Source: Camelus dromedarius
Taxonomy: Eukaryota
Assembly: GCF_036321535.1 (NCBI RefSeq)
Contig: NC_087436.1
Location: 119,662,001 to 119,722,000, forward strand
Direction of reading: 5' to 3'
Length of the DNA stretch: 60,000 nucleotides
Shown: one piece after another, positions 59,735 to 60,000 of the stretch
Position numbering within the stretch: the first letter of the stretch is position 1
How the letters are laid out: each line of letters opens with the position of its first letter
The notes under the pieces: generated by a model
Databases searched by the model: none
What the model was told of the DNA's origin: nothing
Seen by the model: only the letters and a program-made list of their open reading frames with translations
Translations under genes and position numbers: made by a program

Positions 59735-60000
59735 GGCTGGGTGTGTGGGGAGCGGGGGTTCTTCCCTCCAGGGCCTTGACCTTCGATGTGAGTTTGTCCT
59801 GTCTTGATCTGTGGAGATTCTAGGCTGCAAAGATGGATTTTAACAGGAAACCTTGGCAAATGTACAAAGAGAAAGCCATGAATGGAACCACCCGTAAATC
59901 TGTAATGCTGCTCAGTGTGTCCAGGGTAAAACACTCAGCATGAGCTAGGGGATCTGCCAGCCTTAGGGAGGGTTTAAAGTAAAGGCTGCATTGAGGTATA

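Noticed and set aside
1..60000. Hundreds of 60-250 aa ORFs (e.g. 11885-12634, 49106-49813, 56634-57350)
   Set aside because: They overlap in all frames, are Pro/Gly/Ala/Arg/Trp-rich, often cross repeats and show no recognisable domain, as expected in GC-rich non-coding DNA
1..60000. Naming the host gene
   Set aside because: No coding exon was recognised, so any symbol would be a guess

Overview
GC-rich, non-coding mammalian (eutherian) DNA. I found no recognisable protein-coding exon, RNA gene or CRISPR array; the many ORFs look like GC-driven chance frames. The window is mostly ancient repeats (MIR, L2, L1MC/L1ME, MLT1 LTRs, MER5A/MER20/MER102/MER8/MER104-type DNA transposons) plus a younger MER41-like ERV1 LTR. 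Family names come from my memory of consensus sequences and repeat boundaries are approximate. No Alu, B1/B2, Bov-A/tA, PRE-1, CHR, ERE or Can-SINE was seen, which suggests a laurasiatherian, possibly a camelid (inference). LTR orientation bias suggests a long intron of a + strand gene that I cannot name. Several AT-rich, motif-dense islands and many AP-1 sites look enhancer-like. The most striking structure is an 88-bp ungapped inverted repeat (57526-57613 / 58449-58536, 77/88 identical). Seven of its 11 differences are G-U wobbles in + strand RNA, and its left arm begins exactly after a 3' splice-site-like sequence. Also notable are a 44-bp unique sequence copied into an MLT1A LTR 1.6 kb away and a candidate 395-nt cryptic exon. 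None of this establishes a new biological system; these are testable candidates.
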